NCBI GenBank assembly: GCA_964016885.1
Contig: OZ024742.1
Coordinates: forward strand, 48,484,001 to 48,548,000
Direction: 5' to 3'
Origin: Eledone cirrhosa
Lineage: Eukaryota
Length of the DNA stretch: 64,000 bases
Positions 13,109-28,712 of the stretch are shown here, piece by piece. A model generated the notes under the pieces. The model was not told the origin of the DNA and did not search any database. It was given only the letters and a program-made list of their open reading frames with translations. Position 1 is the first letter of the stretch; every line of letters begins with the position of its first letter. The translations under genes and the position numbers were made by a program.

Positions 13109-13633
13109 ACTAACTGAGGTAACCGGTAATATCCGCGAACGGGGGTATTCCCAGTTCCCATTAAAATGCCCAATGCCTCTCAGACCAAATATTGAAATCA
13201 AAATATAGGACAGATAATCAAAAACAGACAAATTCATTTACGAAACAATAATACAAACAAATATTGTTGATTGCATTGGTTAAGCGAAAAAATGTTTGTC
13301 AGAGAAGTTGATTGTAGCTATAAGGAAAAATATAGAACCCTCATTAGGGTATCTTAACATTATTGAAATTTGCTGAAATGTTGTGAATAGGCATTATATC
13401 TTGTCATTTACATATAGTTTAAATTTCATATAAATCGAAAGGAAGATATTTTCAGCGGGGGCCTGAGCCCCAAGGAACCCTTTGATTAAAATGAAATATA
13501 CGTAAGAAATCAAATGGACATGAGCCCCAAACACGTGTCAAGTTCCATCAGGATCGGTTTGGTAGTTTTTGAGTTTTACGTTCACAAACAAACACACAGA
13601 CAAATAGACAGAAATTGCCATTTATACATAGGA
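13109..13633 (-). mobile_element. Non-autonomous Helitron-like element (reverse orientation)
   Basis: The minus strand starts TCCTATGTATAAATGG...TCTGTCTATTTGTCTGTGTGTTTG and ends with a GC-rich subterminal segment plus TTAG|T, mirroring the 44869-46632 element. Confidence 0.45.
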
Positions 13634-14325
13634 CCATAACGCACCAGAGTACTCGATAATTGGGGTAGTAGACTAGAGTTCCTAAATATATATATATATA
13701 TATGAATGAGTGTTTTGTGTATGCATATCTGTATGAACGTGCACATCCATGCCCCCCACACACACATATGTATATATATATATATATGCAAATATATATA
13801 TATATAGTCACAAGGTAATCATCTTTAGACAAAAATAAATATGTGTCAAATCATATATGCGTAGTGAACAGTTGGTATGAAACGAAAATATAATAGCATT
13901 TTCAAAGCAATCATAGAAATAATAGTATTTCTCGTTCACGTCTACTACTATTCACTTCATACCACATCATCTCACGTCCCTCCCCGAGAGGTGTATAATG
14001 TTTCATTTCAATCTGCTTATTTTCCCCTACGTTTTCATTTTCAAGCAAAATGATTTCTTCATGAATTCTTTAGTCTAGACCAATCCATATTCTGGAGACC
14101 GCCCCCGACCGAAACATTCTTAACATTTTCGTTGACTTCATTCTCTCAGTCGCCACATTGCCCTTTTGTGTGCGTATTTTCTATGTGTGGTTATATATAA
14201 TTGTGTCTGTGAGTGCAAGTGTACGTTTTGGGGCGTATGTGTGTTCCTTTACAATTACATGCAGCTAAGGTATTTTTTCGTTTGTTTCCTCTTTCTTTGG
14301 ATTCACATGCAACTGTCGCATTATT

Positions 14326-14418
<93 letters not shown>

Positions 14419-14473
14419 CTCTGTGTGTGTGTTTACATATATATATATGTAAACACACACACAGAGACACACA

Positions 14474-14530
<57 letters not shown>

Positions 14531-14972
14531 GTGTGTGTGTGTGTATGTGAGTGTGTGTGTCTTTTCACATGAATGTCGATGACGTGTGTTTGCAAAGAAG
14601 CAAAAAGTGATAGGATCAGAAGAGTGTGCGGAAACAAATGTGGGTATGTCGCCGTAGAGTTAAAGTGATGGGGTAGTAGGTGAGAGGGAAAGGAAGGTGG
14701 GGGTTAGGAGAGCGTGGGTGTTGGAAGCCTAGATCAGGATGCGGAGATATCCACACTGGATGAATCGGGATGACATGTATAGAGACTGAGTCTTATGAAT
14801 GGACCTGTTATTTTTCTCTATTTTTTCCTTTCCGCCTCTGGTTGTCACCCCAATCTTTCTGTGTCTTCTTTAATAACTGATTTTACTTACTGATGAAGGA
14901 TAGCATCTGAAACGCTAAGTCATTTTCCCTACTGTATGAAGCGTAAAACTAATAATATATTTATTCTCTGTA

Positions 14973-15067
14973 ATGTGTCATTTGCTTTGTTAATGTGTTT
15001 TCCTTTTACATACATACATACGAACACACAAACACACACACACACACACACACACAGACATACACAC

Positions 15068-15134
<67 letters not shown>

Positions 15135-15215
15135 TTATATGTGTATGTATGTTTGTGTGTTTGTGTGTGTGTGTGTATGTAAAAGGAAAACATATTAACA
15201 AAGCAAACGATACAT
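14973..15215. repeat. 41-bp inverted repeats enclosing a (CA)n/(TA)/(TG)n microsatellite core
   Basis: 14973-15013 vs 15175-15215, 3 mismatches. Confidence 0.85.
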
Positions 15216-15649
15216 GACAGTCGATAAATAGTTGGAATGTCTGTATGATTTTTTTAGAAGCAGATAATTTGTAATGTCATGTATATATATATACATGACA
15301 TTACAAGTTATCTCCTTCTAAAAAACCATACTGACATTCCAACTATTTTTCGAATTATCGTAGCAATACAGGAAGTCATATTCTTAGTTCTGCGGTTACA
15401 ATTGTCAGTATGTTTTCCACAGTCCCAATTTAATCTTATGGAAGAGGTAGTAGAAATTACTCGGAGCTAAATCTTGGTAGTAGAAGATTGCTCTTGTATA
15501 ACATATGCACAATCGATAGAGAGGCACGTGGCGACCAGTGTGTCAAATTAAGGTGTTACTCTTAGCATTATGGATTATATACATATAATGCAAGCCCCTT
15601 CAACTTATTATATATATATATATATAAGTTGATGGGACTTGCATGTCTT

Positions 15650-16715
15650 CGTTTTTTTTTGTATGGTTTCTACATTCCCGATTTCATCTCATGGAAGAGG
15701 TAGAAATCAATTGAAGTTCGATTTGGGCTGTAGGCAGTACTTGGCATATTGGGAATGTTTTGCGTAGCCAATGATTCTCTTATTGTAAGTGGTGTATTAA
15801 CAAGCGTGTTATCTTGGAGCAGATACCAATCTCCTGCAATGTCCTTTCGCAATCACTCGACCCGTTTTTGAAGTCTTTCCAAGAAGTATTTCCAAGATTA
15901 ACTGTCTGAATGAATTTGAAACATTCTTTGTCAAAAAAAGAAAAAAAAGAAAAAAATTGATAATCGTCGTTTTCTATTGTGGAGCTGCTCGTATGTGCTT
16001 TCTTCGGAAGAGATAAAATGTTCGTGTATCACTCCTTATATTGCCGTTTTATCTCTAGATTGTACTCGAACGCCCATTATTATCTTTCTCCTGTTATTAC
16101 TTTATCAAACATATTTGGTTCAATGTCAAATCTTTCTAGAACATCCAGACAAATTTCCAACCGGTTCGCTTTTTGCTCCGGAGATAAGTATTTGGGCATA
16201 AGTTTTGCACAATTGTTTTGTATGTTCAAATAGTCTGTTAGATTTCTGTGAATTCATTTATATTCACCCCTGTTTCTTCTGTAATCATCCTAACACTTTC
16301 GTCATCACCGCTCGCACCACTTCCACATTTTTTATCATCTTTGCGAGATTGGTCTTCCAGAACGAGATTCGTTTTCTACATTATTTTGTCCCTCTAAAAA
16401 ACTGTTTGCCACATAAAAACCTTACTTATCGATAGGGCGACATGTCCAGAAGCTTGTGTTAAAGAAGTAAATGGATCTGTGGCAGAGTTATGTTTCACAC
16501 AATTTTTGATCGTACATCACTAACTTTACAGAGTTTATGAATACGTCCGTACATAAACAACAATAACTCCCGACATACTAAATCAATCATGCTGAAACAA
16601 ATATGTACGTGCACCCAAGGTCATCACCAATACGGATATATACATCAACGATTTGATGCATCACGGTTTCATATACTGGAAACTCAGAATTCATACTTTT
16701 TGGACAAATCTTGTA
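15650..16715 (-). mobile_element. Decayed mariner-type DNA transposon
   Basis: Minus-strand peptide LLQDNTLVNT...AYSPNRTSIDFYLF corresponds to HDNAxxH...YSPDLAPxDFxLF. Upstream frameshifted segments resemble the mariner HTH and first-Asp regions. TA-flanked end TACAAGATTTGTCCAAAAAGT at about 16695-16715. Confidence 0.7.
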
Positions 16716-16835
16716 TATATATATATATATATTCATAAATATTTACAACAGTGACATAAACAGGTACTTAAGTTTCGTTATGTTCGTGACCCCAACTCAT
16801 TCAGCCTGTCATAAGAAATATATGATATATATATT

Positions 16836-16891
<56 letters not shown>

Positions 16892-16896
16892 TATAT

Positions 16897-16985
<89 letters not shown>

Positions 16986-17353
16986 TATATATAGATATGT
17001 GTTTGCTGATGTAAGTATGTTTATACATATGTAAATATGTCTATGCATATATCTCTGCACACACCCATATATGTGTATGGGTGTGTGTTAGTGTGTGTAT
17101 GTATATGTGTATGCGTGTGTCTTTATACGTTCCTGTGTCTGTGTGTTTGTGTTTATGTACACGGCCGAAACATCAATTATTTTAGTTGTTGATTTTATGT
17201 TCAAAGGAAATAGCATCAAACTTTGTCTGCAGCCTTGAGCAGCAGACATATCTTTAATAAACTAAATAAACACATCAAAATTATCGAATATTAGGATCGC
17301 TATACCTTACCATCCACCGTAAACATACATAGATACGTGTCTACACACACACA

Positions 17354-17422
<69 letters not shown>

Positions 17423-17698
17423 CTAGAAAGAGAAAGTGTGAGAGAGAGATAAGCATAAATACAAATACATATGTAGTCATAAACATACACAAAACTGTAC
17501 CACCTTATCAAATACGAGAAAACGTATTTATTATCCCCATCATCATTTTCATCATCATCATCATTGTCATCATCATTATCGACGGTCATAATCTCCATCA
17601 TTAATGTTACTATATTGTTGTGTGAGTTATAATCAATTTTAGCATAGTCAGTCCGCTCGTTTAGACTTGTTCAAATAAAACAGTCAAATCTATACATA

Positions 17699-17769
<71 letters not shown>

Positions 17770-18006
17770 GCGTGCACACACACACATACACACACACACA
17801 TATATGGATGTAGTTGGGTGTTTGTGCGTGTATGTGTGCGCGCGTGTGTGTACATGTGTGTGAGAGAGTGTTAGGGTTAGGGTTAGCATGTATCTTTCTA
17901 CATATGTAGGTATGCATGTAGGTATGTATGGTATGTATGTGTGTCTCTCTCTCTCTCTATCTCTTACTGCCTTTCTCTATCCATCTATCTATCTCCTCCT
18001 TCTCTC

Positions 18007-18064
<58 letters not shown>

Positions 18065-18272
18065 TTTATGCATCTGCAGCAAACTATATTGGAATTTTGT
18101 ATTGTTTAATTGCTCACATATATATATTTTTTTATGTGCTGGCTAGTCAGTGCAACATGATTGATCTACGCTCTAGAATATGTTAGATATGGACCGCTCG
18201 TGTATTTGCCTGTCAGATGTATAATTCAATGTCTCACAGACCTGCACACACACACACACACACACCCCAGGT

Positions 18273-18304
<32 letters not shown>

Positions 18305-18338
18305 ACACGCTTTCACTCAATCAGAAACAGATATATAT

Positions 18339-18376
<38 letters not shown>

Positions 18377-18378
<2 letters not shown>

Positions 18379-20421
18379 TTTCTTTAGTGGCCACAAGGGC
18401 TGATATCAAGAAAAACATTACAGACGGCACAGGACGGTACGATGTGGGTTTTGTGCGTGTAAATATTTTTTATTATTTATATAAGAAAAGAAAAAAAAAG
18501 GACATAAAACATATATATATAAACAATAAAAATGAAAATTGAAACAATGAAAAATTCCCCAATTAGGGGGGAAACCTCCGAGGGTTACTCGTGGCGAAAA
18601 CCACACAACATACCACGGCCACCCTGACCACAGGGGCAAGCGCCCTCTCTCAATTTTTCCATCTCTCAAACTACAGACGTATATTCAGAGTGGTCCCGTT
18701 CACTCGGACCATTCTCGCTACATTCACCCACCTTTCAACAAACTTGCTAGAAAGCAGCACTTGCCTCTCCACCCTGATTTTCCTCTTGAAGTGAAATTTG
18801 AAAAAGTTAATTAGGGATTCGCCAAAGAGGAAAGTGTTTGTCTTTAACCCTTTTAACCTTGTCCACCACACAATCTCTTTCGCCATGGCCACCAGGCAGA
18901 TGAAAACCGCCTGCCCTTCCTTCTCGAAGGAAGACGGCGAGACCATCTGCACAATGGACTCATTAGACAACCGGATCAGTCCCACACGTGACAGCAACTG
19001 TTCGACATAGATCCACAAGTCAGCAATGCTCGGGCACTGAACGAGTGCGCGCACAACGGTTTTGTCGCTCTGCGTGCATCTCGGACAGGCTCAGCTGACG
19101 GCAGCGCTCCCCGGTAGCACTGCCAGGCCATGGATTTTTGGAAGTTATCCATAGGCCCCGGGCTGAAAGTTCTCCGAAAGAGAGCAAACAGCTGATCTTC
19201 TTCGACGCCCATGATCTCTCCGAGAATGTCGTCGCTCTTCCCCTCCACCAGTCCTCTATAAGACGCCGAGGTGGATGTTCCGCCGATACTGGTGCCCAAC
19301 TGGGAGAGGGCAGTGAGATCCTGGAGACATTCCAGTTTCCAAGCGCTATCCCTCGGTCTTTTTCTGACCCAGGACTGCAGCTCCATCAAGGAGACGAGCT
19401 GTGGGAAAACGTGTCTGGCGAACGGCGACCACACCCGTTCACCATCAAGGAAGCACCAGAGATGTCGCAGCCTCAGCGCATGTTTGCGCATCATCTGCCA
19501 TGGCATTCCCAGTCCTCCACGCAACGGGTGTTGACAGCAGATGGATCGTCTGATCATGGGAACGCGTCCCTTCCACAAAAAGCGGAAGAGGAGGCCTCCA
19601 TTTTGGTGAGAGTTGGGCTGGAGCATGGGACGACGGTGAGGCGGTAGCAGATGACGGATGCGATGTACGCATTCGCCACTTCCGCCCGGCCTTTCAGGGA
19701 CAGCTTCCTCTCAGCCCATTTCTGGGTGAGGGAGGCCACCCTACTCGTCACCTCCTTCCAGTGTTTCTCCATCTGAATGTCCGGTCCGAACCAGACCCCG
19801 AGCAATTTAACCAGTCCGTCCGTTCAACGCCCCACGACGCTGTCGGACGGCATGGACTTGCCTCTCCAGGTGCCGAGCTGCAAGCCCACCGACTTTTCCT
19901 GGTTTATCTTTGCTCCTGTCACCGCTTCGTATTCCTTGAGAGCGGTCCCGAGCATCTGGACGTGTCTGGTGCTCGCACCACCACGGAGACGTCGTCAGCG
20001 TAAGCCGACTCGGATTTCCTGCATCCTAGTTCGCGTGGGACGCCCCTCATCGCACCCAGTTTGTGCAGTAACGGCTCGAGAGCCAAGACGTACAAGAGGG
20101 ACGAGAGGGGACAACCCTGGCGGACTGAGCGCATGATGCTGAACGGCTGCGACAGGTGACCGTTCACGCTCACGCTGTACATTGCTGCGATCCACCCCTG
20201 AAAACGGGCCCGAAACCGGCTGTCTCGAGGACCGCCGCCAGGTACCGATGGTCGACCCTATCGAATGCTTTGGATTGATCCAAGTTGATCAGGGCCCCGC
20301 CCTTGCCAGGTTCCTTAACCACCTTCTCTATGATGTATCGCATGAGGTGGTGGTTGTCGTGTATGGATCTGTCCGGAATGGCGCATGTCTGCGTCTCTCC
20401 CTACAGACCCTTGACGACAAG
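18377..20421 (-). mobile_element. Tx1/L1-type LINE copy C, 5'-truncated (RT to 3' end), with (TTA)n tail at 18343-18376
   Basis: SVRQGCPLSSLLYVL, AYADDV, LGVWFG, GGLGMP, ALVQCP; homologous to 9640-11623 including the 3' UTR. Confidence 0.9.
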
Positions 20422-20829
20422 TACGCATATTTGATTGTATAAGTTATTGCATATATTTTATATATTCTGGTACATATGCTTTTGGTTATGTGTATACGTG
20501 AGTTTGCGTCTGTGTGAGTATGCGGGTTCGTACGTATGTAGGGTGGGTGTATATGTGTACTCCGTGTTTTGGTTGACGTAGTCTCCGAACATTTGTGTAT
20601 TTACTTGTAGGTATGTGTATGCGCTTGTTATATACGTATTTATTTATTTATATACGTTTATTTAATTATTTGTATACACGCACACACACACACATATTTA
20701 TACGTGCGTGTATTTGTATACCTATGGCGAGTGTTTTCGCCTATGCTTGTGTATGTACGTATTTGGATGCGTGTATGTATTTATTTAATTTCAATTAACT
20801 CTGTATTTTATTTACTTTATTCTTAACTC

Positions 20830-21393
<564 letters not shown>

Positions 21394-21454
21394 TCTGTTT
21401 GTACCTATCAATTTATATCTCTCTCCCTCTCTCCCTCTATATATATATATATAA

Positions 21455-21700
21455 ATATTTAATATAGAAATGGCTTCTACAGTACTAGAATTGTTTCATT
21501 CGAAGGAAATCATGTTGATTTCCTTCGAATGAGACAGTCCTAATCCTGTAGAAGTCATTTCTATGTTAAATATGTATACTCTGCTATGTATTAATTACCT
21601 GGGATACTCATATATTACATAGTCATTCATGTGTAATATGTACATAGCCGTGCGGAATATCACTTACATGAGTTTAATCCTTATGTGGGCGTTCATGTAT
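21455..21700 (+). mobile_element. Small fold-back element (58-bp arms, 3-nt loop, plus tail); same family as 58944-59143
   Basis: 21455-21512 is inverted at 21516-21573. Shares TGATTTC..GAATGA.ACAGT.CTA.TCCTGTAGAA and TATACTCTGCTATGTATT with the 58944 element. Confidence 0.75.
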
Positions 21701-22994
21701 GTATAAATAGTTTAAAGATGATTTGAAATGTTTACTTTCTTCCATACAGATTATTGTGAGTTTCCTCATATGCATCGGTGCTTAAATATATGGATAATGA
21801 TAACTTATCAAGCGTATAATCGTTAACCACATTTATCTCCCAATAAAATTCCAGTCTCAAATAATTTCAGCGATAATGTGTAAAAGCTGTCCAAATCATT
21901 CATTAATCTAAACAGATCCCTCAAAATATTTATTCCATATCTAACTTATTCAGCAACCAATGTTAACGCTAACATATTGGTCCTATCAGATCAATGTGTA
22001 AACTTACATTATGTAAAAACAACATTAATTTAAAATAAATAAATATAAACTACATGCATAAATTACAGCGATAGTATTTGTAATATTTAGTTATGTTGCA
22101 AATAAACACGCTAATGTGAGTCATTTATTCACTGGGTACATTAGATAAGTTTCATAAACATTCTAGTATCAGTAATATCATATTCAACTCCGAACTTTCA
22201 ATTCTTTCTTTTTCTCTATCACCACGAACACATCCACGTCCCTATTAAGTGGGTAGCTATTCTCGTTCAATAATTTACAAAATATTATTCACTAAGGATC
22301 TTGTTAGTGTTTAACAACGTCAGATAACAATTTACATAAATTCCTTCTACAAATTTAACATGTATCCGATAGTAATTAATTGCTAAAATTGGAGTTAGGT
22401 TTTCAAAGTGAAGTGGTTTAATTTGTTAGTTCATATCACCTGGTTGTGCTGAATGATCTGTGACAACAGTTTTTCTCAGTCGTTTACCAAGTGTGATCAC
22501 CGCCAATCTATGTATGTGGTGTCTAAGTAGAAGTGTACATGTTCACAGTATATAGACATTCAAGCCAGATTGAGAAAAGTTAGTATTTTCGGGATATCAA
22601 TGACCAATGCCTTGAAATTGCAAAACAGGTCACGTTCATGATGGCAACACATTCTGATGTCGGTTTACATGTCACCAAGGCTTTCTGCAATATGCATAGC
22701 CTTCCAGGAAGGTAAATATCGCAATCACAAACTCAGGTAGCAAAAGTAGAAGTTGGGTTTAAAATGTTCTTCCATCTGATAATGGTGAACCCAGATCATC
22801 ATATTAAACAATACAGGAAGATGCATTTTGTCATCTCGCTGCAACAGAATTTCTCTTATTTTTTTGCGATACTCTCTAGGTATGTTCTAGTGACACTATC
22901 GACCAAAGCCCTGGCGCGCCAGGATTTCACCAGAAATCTGTTAGTTGGTATTCGGCAGCTGCAAGGTATTGCATGGAATGGGCTCTGTGCAAGT

Positions 22995-23160
22995 GAATGT
23001 CGGACGCTATGCTTTGACGTATAGAGTTACGGCCCTTGCCATTATGAGTTCAAATCCCGCCGAGGTTAACTTTGCCTTTTATCCTTACGGGGTCGATAAA
23101 ATAAAGTACCAGTAATGCACTGGATAATTGCTGGCCTTGTGCCAAAAGTAGAAACAATTA
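22995..23160 (+). mobile_element. tRNA-like SINE copy (5' part degenerate)
   Basis: B-box-like GAGTTCAAATCCCG followed by AACTTTGCCTTT...AAAGTACCAGTAATGCACT...GGCCTTGTGCCAAAAGTAGAAAC, shared with other copies in the window. Confidence 0.8.
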
Positions 23161-24705
23161 TTAATTACGAAAATTACATTTAGTAACACGCGCCAATATC
23201 CTAAGTTCGTTCATGAGTCTCTGACTATAAAGAAAAGTATTGTTGAGTGTAGGCTTCTGCAAACAGAAATGTAACTGTTGCATGGAGGAATACGGATGAA
23301 GACTGGAAACAAATGTAACATCTTGATACAAGTACGTAAGGATGATAAAGGGCAAGAGAAAATATAAAGCATTCTACAAAGAGAGATCGATAATAAAATA
23401 CCAGATAAAAAGATTAATGTAGTCCATCTGTTTGATTAAAACATTAATTGTTGTCTCGGCATAGCTAAAGCTCAGTGACTGAAAATGGTAAAATAATGTT
23501 TCTAATTTAGGTATTCTTTGAGGAGATGGGAAAATCGTGTATTTTGACTCCGTATTGCATTGGTACTAAATTTAACGACTCCGGAATGATGAAAGGTAAA
23601 GTTGAACTCACTAGATTTGAGATCAGAATGTAGAAGGTTGTAATAAATATTGCTAACTATTCTGCCCGACACTCTGCTGTTAAAAAAAATCAAGGGAAGT
23701 GATAACAGTAAAATAATCAAATATTTCAATAATACAGTATGTTTATATGAACACACGTATTAATTAAAAACACAAATATTTTCTAAAATGAGTTTTAAGG
23801 AAACGTAAATATTTGAGACTCTATAAATGTCTTCAGTCGCTATCAACGTATTATATTATGGGCTTATGTTTCATCAATGTCCAAGTTATATATATGTCCT
23901 TGAAGATATATGTGTAATTAATGTTGAAATCTTAAAGCGCCTCCATTCTTGTTGTTGTAATTAGGAAATTTCACTATTTATTTTTCGTTTTATTTCTGAG
24001 ATTTCCATAATCAATAAAAGCCGGCATAAGTTCTTATTTCTACAATTATCATGCATTATAATAGTTCTCTCAATTTCTAATTGACAATTGAAATTTCATT
24101 GCTGTCTTTCTGAAACCACCTGGGGAAATAACTATAGATTTCTCCTAGAATATTAATTGTCTATATCCGTGTTGAGTCCAACGTGCGAATATCATCGATA
24201 ATTTTCTGTAGAAATACGTTACAGAGGTTAAATATCGGTTCGGCTCTTTTCGAAGATAAATTCCAATAATTGTGCTATGATTTCTAACATTGCCATCGGA
24301 TAATTGCAGTTGCGTGCTTTTGGCAAAATAACCTTTTTATAATTAATTTTATGATTTCTTCAAGAGAGCAGGTGTAGTTAGCGCCCATAACTTTTGCATG
24401 ACCTGCAACACTGGTGAAAGAGATATATGAAGTAACCACAATGTGTAGATTGTTCTAACCACTAAGTTTATTCCTATTAGTATCTCAGTTGGAAATCAGC
24501 CATTGCTATCGGGCAACACTACACATAAAAATCACGTGTACTGGTCATTGTCGTATTCCTGGCCGATTATATAAGGTTTAATGAAGAATGCATTTATCAT
24601 TCATTTAAAAACGCAACGAACATTTTGCTATTGTAAAGCACCCAAATAATTGGAAGGAAAAATACCTTTCCTAATACTAGTAGCACAACAACAACAACAA
24701 TAACA

Positions 24706-24736
<31 letters not shown>

Positions 24737-26132
24737 CTTCTTCTTTTTCTTCTTTTTCTTCTTCTTCTTCTTCTTCTCACTCTTCCCTCTTATACACAGG
24801 GTATTTATAAAGTTGTTTGTCTTCCAACACCTTTCAAATTCTGGCCCTCGAACGTATTATTCCCCCCTCCCTCTCTCTCTTTCCTTCTCATTCTCACAAT
24901 TTCTTTCTAACTTTCAATATTCTATCACTACAAATATGGACCAGATTTACATTTAACTGCAAGCACCACAGGCACATCGGAATCATTTAAATTTCCTCCT
25001 TTTGTCAATGTTATTATGTTTTCGCTGGTCCTGCATTTTTCACAATACTCAGTTCATCCATAGATCTTCAGAATTTTAGAATTGATTTGCAGCGATCATC
25101 GAAGAAGGTTAACGATTTCACTGGCACCAATATTCAGGACCAGTGAAAATTATAGACACAATCTTTTATTGTGCTCTAAACTAATATCAAACAAATATAT
25201 TTCCATTATTTTACACTGGAAAATCTCATTAAGTACTAAACAAGACAATATTTACCAATCAATCTTCTGTATCTTACTCGCCTAAGTGACCTTGCTCACT
25301 AGAGATTAAAATTTGGAAACACTTCAAATGTATTTCCATATTTGAATATAAAATTCCCATGGCTTAATTCGACGTATGAATGTGTTCATTATGAATATTA
25401 GGTTCTCATAAAGAATTATCAAGACTATTGTGTATTGTAACAATGTAGTGGCGAACCAAGATAGTAAAGCTCATTTAATTCCCCGTTGAATCATTTCACT
25501 TCATTTTCTATTCCTAATTAAAACTCCCGTGTTCAATATACTGAAATATTTTGAAAAACAGGCTTCCACCATAATGCTTATTCAATTACTCACTAAGTAA
25601 ACTAACACAATGTTATGCGTTCCCAAATATGTAAGTGTTACACAGAATAGTCCATTGCTCTTTATCAAGGTTCCATTATATATATATATATATAATAGGA
25701 ATGTAATGTAGCTTAAAATATCAGATTTTAAGTATTTATAAGCGTAGGTGTATTCACATTAGTGCATTGCTGACCATCTAGGTTTAATTGTATATATACG
25801 GAGAGGAATCCGGCTTATAGACACATATCTCATTGTGTGTGAGGATAGACGAGGTGTGAACGATCTTTCAATAGATAGGTGGATATAGTGACAGCTATGC
25901 ATATTTTTAGTCCATAGATCGTAAAGCCACTCTTTCAACATATACACACTCAAAGCGAGTACATACTCTAATACGAGCCCATATGTAATATGCAATTATA
26001 GATTATTTTATGCATAGATATGTTTTGTTTTAACATGATGCTTAAAAGATATTAAACATTTAATTGAGTCCGTGGGCTTCTGCCAGTTGGAATCGAAACT
26101 AGGCACAATAAATTTCAGAAGTGCAATGTAAT

Positions 26133-26317
26133 TATTTCTACCTTTGGTACAAGGCCAGCAATTACCCAGAACATTACTGGTACTTTATTTGATCGACCCA
26201 TTTAGGATGAAAGGCATAGTTAACCTCGACAGGATTTGAAATCAGAGCGTAAAGGGATGTAACTATGCTGGAAAGCATGGTGTCCGACCCTCTACCGATA
26301 CTGCCAATTCACCGCCC
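26133..26317 (-). mobile_element. tRNA-like SINE with a ~19-bp target-site duplication
   Basis: A-box TGGCAGTATCGG and a B-box-like motif on the minus strand; flanking TTCAGAAGTGCAAT(G/A)TAAT at 26114-26132 and 26318-26336. Confidence 0.88.
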
Positions 26318-26453
26318 TTCAGAAGTGCAATATAATGAACTTGAAATGCTGACACAATAAGTCAGCGTGAAATAAGCTATTCGTTTTATATAAGAGTCTC
26401 TAGATACATGCCAATGTTATAAAAATATAATATATACTAGCTGCGAGAAGAAC

Positions 26454-26566
<113 letters not shown>

Positions 26567-26698
26567 CTAGGTACACAGACACACTTACAAACACAAAGAG
26601 GGAGATGTATATACATACATATATGTGTATAGATGCCTCATTCACCGTCTCTCTCTATCACTCTCTCTCTCTTTATATATATATATATATTATATGTG

Positions 26699-26746
<48 letters not shown>

Positions 26747-26791
26747 TAAACAAATAATGAATAAACAATTCCTTATATTAAACAAAAAAAG

Positions 26792-26946
26792 TTCATTATT
26801 TAACGATCGTTTCTAGGGTATATATGTGTTATAATTGGTATGCATATTCAACAGATCTATGTACAAAATTATACAAAATTATACAAATTATCAAGATTAA
26901 ATATACATACCTAACACATATATACGCCGTCTTCAGAAATAATGAA
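26792..26946 (-). ncRNA. Mirror copy of the PLE hammerhead-like motif
   Basis: Reverse complement of 37305-37459. Confidence 0.72.
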
Positions 26947-27785
26947 GTATATTTATTGATAATAACAACAATTCAAAATATCAGTTCAAAATTGACCAAT
27001 GAAAACACAAAGGGTTAAAGCAGTTCGGTGTGTGTATATACATGTAAAATCCTTACACATATTTTACAAAAATGTATGTATAACTTGTATACGCATACTA
27101 AAAAGATGGATGCAAACACAAAATTTCAAGGTTAATATCTCTGTAATCTTAAAATGCGCTGATAAGGTGCGCATTGATACTTATGGAGTCAAGCATATAA
27201 ATATATTTTTTCATACTCACACATATCAGTATAATCACACATACATGCGCGTATATGCATAAATATACACATAACCACAAACATACAAACACACACACAC
27301 CCCCACTCACATTTATATATGTGGATATAAAATCATAAGCACATGGAAATTAAATCACTCACATAAAACACTGGCACACACATTTCAAGATCAAGATACA
27401 GAAATTAGGTGGGAGGGGGGGGAAAGAAGGGGGGGGGGAAGGGTCAGTATTCAATTGTCTGAGCAGACTGCCTAATATAAATGTATCTATAAATTAAGAA
27501 AAATAAAAAAATAAAACAATAAAATATAATAAATATAATATAATATACATACACATACAGATATATATACACACATACATATATGTACGCGCACATAGAA
27601 ATATTTACGCATACACACATACACACATACATATACAGTCATACACATACATACACTTACACGAACATACACATACACATATAAAAAGATATATATATAC
27701 ACACACACGCACGCGCAACACATACACACATACACATATATATAAAAAATAGATAATAAAGATATATATCCATATATATATATAT

Positions 27786-27840
<55 letters not shown>

Positions 27841-27931
27841 TACATACATATACATACACATAGATCTAAATATACATACACATACATACACACATACATG
27901 TACATACATGTACATACATATACGCACATCG

Positions 27932-27984
<53 letters not shown>

Positions 27985-28299
27985 TAGACATATAGATACA
28001 TACACACACAACTTACATACACACGTATATATATATATATATAGATGCACCTTCATACATAGAATTAGATATATAATCATACATACATATGCACCTACTT
28101 ATACTCATATATATAAATACATACGCTTCCATATATGTGTATATACATAAAAAACAATACAACCTCACCAAACTCAGACATACAAATAAAAATAATAATA
28201 AAAAGGCATATGTATATACATACACACACGCATTAATAGAGATATATATATATATACACACATACATACACATATATATATATATACACACACATATAT

Positions 28300-28346
<47 letters not shown>

Positions 28347-28352
28347 TAGACT

Positions 28353-28389
<37 letters not shown>

Positions 28390-28478
28390 ATATATATCCA
28401 CACACTCATACCACCATAAATACACATACAAACACCCACATATATATATATATATATATATCTATATACACACACGTA

Positions 28479-28518
<40 letters not shown>

Positions 28519-28675
28519 CACACACATAAAAAACAGACATGCACATATATATATATATATATTTTATTACTCTTATATATACACATATTATATATACATA
28601 CACAACCTCACTTATACACATATACACATAAGTTATATTATAATAATAAAGAATAATATACATATATATATATAC

Positions 28676-28712
<37 letters not shown>

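Noticed and set aside
17871-17886. TTAGGG telomere-like repeat
   Set aside because: Under three units inside a microsatellite patch; too short to indicate a telomeric remnant.
23900-25600. Possible hAT transposase remnant (minus-strand GQEYDN near 24547-24565)
   Set aside because: A single short motif; I could not follow further homology without a search.
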